Of a stretch of DNA of 64,000 bases, positions 60,301-64,000 are shown in pieces. A program made the position numbers and the translations under genes. Positions within the stretch are counted from its first letter, which is position 1. Every line of letters starts with the position of its first letter. The DNA is from Cyanophora paradoxa CCMP329 (taxonomy: Eukaryota; Plantae; Glaucophyta): positions 1 to 64,000 of the forward strand of contig QPMI01000629.1 of NCBI GenBank assembly GCA_004431415.1. The letters are read 5' to 3'. The notes under the pieces are model-generated. The model made no database searches, was not told the DNA's origin, and saw nothing but the letters and a program-made list of their open reading frames with translations.

Positions 60301-63300
60301 GCTTGGTGCGAGGAGCTCGCGATCGAGCTCGAGCCCGGGGCCCGGGGCGGGCGGACCTTGACGGTCGCCGTGGTCACGCCAGCAGTGAAGGTGGCCTCCA
60401 CGGCGGCGAGCGCAGCCGCGCCCTTTGGCGTGCACGTGACGGCGGCCTTCGTCGCCGTGTTGACTACCGTCAGGGTGAACTCGACCTTCCCGTCGGCGTC
60501 GCGCGGCTTGTCGATTCCAGCGGTGGGGCCGTGATGGTCGGAGCGACGGGCGCTGCAGATGCAGCGGCCGTGGTGAAGGTTACTGCCGCGGATGCGCCGG
60601 AAGTTCCCGACGGGTCCGTCTGAGTGGCAGTGCACGTGTGCTCGGTGCCGGCCGCGAGGGCGACCTGCGCGCACGCAAACCGTGAGCTTGCACCGATTAC
60701 AATCTCCACATGCACAGGTCTAGATCTACACACAGATGTAAATATCATGAATAGCTAAATATAGGATCATATGTGTAAACGAAAGTGGGCGTGGAAGGTT
60801 TGGAGCTAGATTCTTGCACAACGATCGCGAGCCGCTGAGCTATAGATCTAGATTTCGGCGAAAGCTCTGGAGGTGCAGGTGGGCGATGCCCGCAAACGAT
60901 GTAATATTTTGTTAGCTTGGTGCGAGGAGCTCGCGATCGAGCTCGAGCCCGGGGGCCCGGGGCGGGCGGACCTTGACGGTCGCCGTGGTCACGCCAGCAG
61001 TGAAGGTGGCCTCCACGGCGGCGAGCGCAGCCGCGCCCTTTGGCGTGCACGTGACGGCGGCCTTCGTCGCCGTGTTGACTACCGTCAGGGTGAACTCGAC
61101 CTTCCCGTCGGCGTCGCGCGGCTTGTCGATTCCAGCGGTGGGGGCCGTGATGGTCGGAGCGACGGGCGCTGCAGATGCAGCGGCCGTGGTGAAGGTTACT
61201 GCCGCGGATGCGCCGGAAGTTCCCGACGGGTCCGTCTGAGTGGCAGTGCACGTGTGCTCGGTGCCGGCCGCGAGGGCGACCTGCGCGCACGCAAACCGTG
61301 AGCTTGCACCGATTACAATCTCCACATGCACAGGTCTAGATCTACACACAGATGTAAATATCATGAATAGCTAAATATAGGATCATATGTGTAAACGAAA
61401 GTGGGCGTGGAAGGTTTGGAGCTAGATTCTTGCACAACGATCGCGAGCCGCTGAGCTATAGATCTAGATTTCGGCGAAAGCTCTGGAGGTGCAGGTGGGC
61501 GATGCCCGCAAACGATGTAATATTTTGTTAGCTTGGTGCGAGGAGCTCGCGATCGAGCTCGAGCCCGGGGGCCCGGGGCGGGCGGACCTTGACGGTCGCC
61601 GTGGTCACGCCAGCAGTGAAGGTGGCCTCCACGGCGGCGAGCGCAGCCGCGCCCTTTGGCGTGCACGTGACGGCGGCCTTCGTCGCCGTGTTGACTACCG
61701 TCAGGGTGAACTCGACCTTCCCGTCGGCGTCGCGCGGCTTGTCGATTCCAGCGGTGGGGGCCGTGATGGTCGGAGCGACGGGCGCTGCAGATGCAGCGGC
61801 CGTGGTGAAGGTTACTGCCGCGGATGCGCCGGAAGTTCCCGACGGGTCCGTCTGAGTGGCAGTGCACGTGTGCTCGGTGCCGGCCGCGAGGGCGACCTGC
61901 GCGCACGCAAACCGTGAGCTTGCACCGATTACAATCTCCACATGCACAGGTCTAGATCTACACACAGATGTAAATATCATGAATAGCTAAATATAGGATC
62001 ATATGTGTAAACGAAAGTGGGCGTGGAAGGTTTGGAGCTAGATTCTTGCACAACGATCGCGAGCCGCTGAGCTATAGATCTAGATTTCGGCGAAAGCTCT
62101 GGAGGTGCAGGTGGGCGATGCCCGCAAACGATGTAATATTTTGTTAGCTTGGTGCGAGGAGCTCGCGATCGAGCTCGAGCCCGGGGGCCCGGGGCGGGCG
62201 GACCTTGACGGTCGCCGTGGTCACGCCAGCAGTGAAGGTGGCCTCCACGGCGGCGAGCGCAGCCGCGCCCTTTGGCGTGCACGTGACGGCGGCCTTCGTC
62301 GCCGTGTTGACTACCGTCAGGGTGAACTCGACCTTCCCGTCGGCGTCGCGCGGCTTGTCGATTCCAGCGGTGGGGGCCGTGATGGTCGGAGCGACGGGCG
62401 CTGCAGATGCAGCGGCCGTGGTGAAGGTTACTGCCGCGGATGCGCCGGAAGTTCCCGACGGGTCCGTCTGAGTGGCAGTGCACGTGTGCTCGGTGCCGGC
62501 CGCGAGGGCGACCTGCGCGCACGCAAACCGTGAGCTTGCACCGATTACAATCTCCACATGCACAGGTCTAGATCTACACACAGATGTTAATATCATGAAT
62601 AGCTAAATATAGGATCATATGTGTAAACGAAAGTGGGCGTGGAAGGTTTGGAGCTAGATTCTTGCACAACGATCGCGAGCCGCTGAGCTATAGATCTAGA
62701 TTTCGGCGAAAGCTCTGGAGGTGCAGGTGGGCGATGCCCGCAAACGATGTAATATTTTGTTAGCTTGGTGCGAGGAGCTCGCGATCGAGCTCGAGCCCGG
62801 GGGCCCGGGGCGGGCGGACCTTGACGGTCGCCGTGGTCACGCCAGCAGTGAAGGTGGCCTCCACGGCGGCGAGCGCAGCCGCGCCCTTTGGCGTGCACGT
62901 GACGGCGGCCTTCGTCGCCGTGTTGACTACCGTCAGGGTGAACTCGACCTTCCCGTCGGCGTCGCGCGGCTTGTCGATTCCAGCGGTGGGGCCGTGATGG
63001 TCGGAGCGACGGGCGCTGCAGATGCAGCGGCCGTGGTGAAGGTTACTGCCGCGGATGCGCCGGAAGTTCCCGACGGGTCCGTCTGAGTGGCAGTGCACGT
63101 GTGCTCGGTGCCGGCCGCGAGGGCGACCTGCGCGCACGCAAACCGTGAGCTTGCACCGATTACAATCTCCACATGCACAGGTCTAGATCTACACACAGAT
63201 GTAAATATCATGAATAGCTAAATATAGGATCATATGTGTAAACGAAAGTGGGCGTGGAAGGTTTGGAGCTAGATTCTTGCACAACGATCGCGAGCCGCTG

Positions 63301-64000
63301 AGCTATAGATCAAGATTTCGGCGAAAGCTCTGGAGGTGCAGGTGGGCGATGCCCGCAAACGATATAATATTTTGTTAGCTTGGTGCGAGGAGCTCGCGAT
63401 CGAGCTCGAGCCCGGGGGCCCGGGGCGGGCGGACCTTGACGGTCGCCGTGGTCACGCCAGCAGTGAAGGTGGCCTCCACGGCGGCGAGCGCAGCCGCGCC
63501 CTTTGGCGTGCACGTGACGGCGGCCTTCGTCGCCGTGTTGACTACCGTCAGGGTGAACTCGACCTTCCCGTCGGCGTCGCGCGGCTTGTCGATTCCAGCG
63601 GTGGGGGCCGTGATGGTCGGAGCGACGGGCGCTGCAGATGCAGCGGCCGTGGTGAAGGTTACTGCCGCGGATGCGCCGGAAGTTCCCGACGGGTCCGTCT
63701 GAGTGGCAGTGCACGTGTGCTCGGTGCCGGCCGCGAGGGCGACCTGCGCGCACGCAAACCGTGAGCTTGCACCGATTACAATCTCCACATGCACAGGTCT
63801 AGATCTACACACAGATGTAAATATCATGAATAGGATCATATGTGTTTCAAGTGGAAGGTTTCAAGTTTGGAGCTAGATTCTTGCACAACGAGCCGCTGAG
63901 CTATAGATCTAGATTTCGGCGAAAGCTCTGGAGGTGCAGGTGGGCGATGCCCGCAAACGATGTAATATTTTGTTAGCTTGGTGCGAGGAGCTCGCGATCG
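36344..64000 (-). CDS. Giant spliced cell-surface protein: at least 40 FN3/Ig-like repeats, Pro/Ser linker, REJ-like segment, GAIN/GPS, hydrophobic C-terminus (5' end outside window)
   Basis: GT-AG exons join in frame: repeat exons (e.g. 39810-39502), 39266-39083, 39012-38942 ('APSGGSCLVFP'), 38841-38695 ('VTCSGWQSASAPLKY'), 38586-38449 ('LTVAVEDSAG'), several helical exons, 36913-36608 ('FFNATSKAWEVC...TCNHLTP') and 36520-36344 ('FSLM...MLLLLGVTVALLFGRQH*'). Confidence 0.82.
39434..64000 (-). repeat. ~615-bp tandem array, 40 complete units; each unit is one phase-0 exon (309 nt; 300 nt in two units) plus one ~300-nt intron
   Basis: Every unit has acceptor 'gcgcgcag|GTCGCC' and donor 'GTCAAG|gtccgc'. 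The exon encodes 103 aa, VALAAGTEHTC...TTATVK. Confidence 0.95.

Noticed and set aside
39434-64000. Hundreds of overlapping short ORFs (MRAGRPRG..., MQVGDARK..., MTVAVVTP...)
   Set aside because: Alternative-frame and antisense shadows of one GC-rich repeated exon; only the spliced VALAAG...TVK frame joins to downstream exons.
39434-64000. CRISPR array or non-coding centromeric satellite
   Set aside because: No unique spacers or cas genes; units are ~615 bp with conserved splice sites and an open exon frame.

Overview
Eukaryotic (intron-rich, GC-rich, probably protist or algal) genomic window with four zones. (1) 1-16282: the right-hand part of an AT-rich endogenous Polinton/Maverick-like (virophage-like) virus. 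It carries a protein-primed PolB with apparently dead proofreading motifs, a phage-like fibre cassette (four paralogues sharing an N-terminal module, two C1q heads, one giant HxH-repeat fibre ending in an H-lectin-like tip), a patatin-discoidin fusion, a DDE (rve) integrase and a prokaryote-type S-adenosylmethionine decarboxylase, and it ends at a 27-bp inverted repeat. No capsid or packaging ATPase gene is visible; these may lie left of the window. (2) 18223-23352: an Ngaro/PAT-type (DIRS order) retrotransposon with intact split direct repeats A1-B1-A2-B2, gag and RT-RNase H, but no tyrosine recombinase. (3) 26648-37214: an unclassified GC-rich repeat element forming a ~1.77-kb palindrome and a ~5.2-kb tandem duplication that carries the 3' end of the neighbouring host gene. 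(4) 36344 to beyond 64000 (minus strand): one giant spliced host gene. The apparent ~615-bp satellite is a tandem exon+intron unit (40 complete phase-0 exons, mostly 309 nt, encoding FN3/Ig-like domains), followed by REJ-like and GAIN/GPS exons and a single hydrophobic C-terminus. Many single-base frameshifts sit in homopolymers and may be long-read errors.
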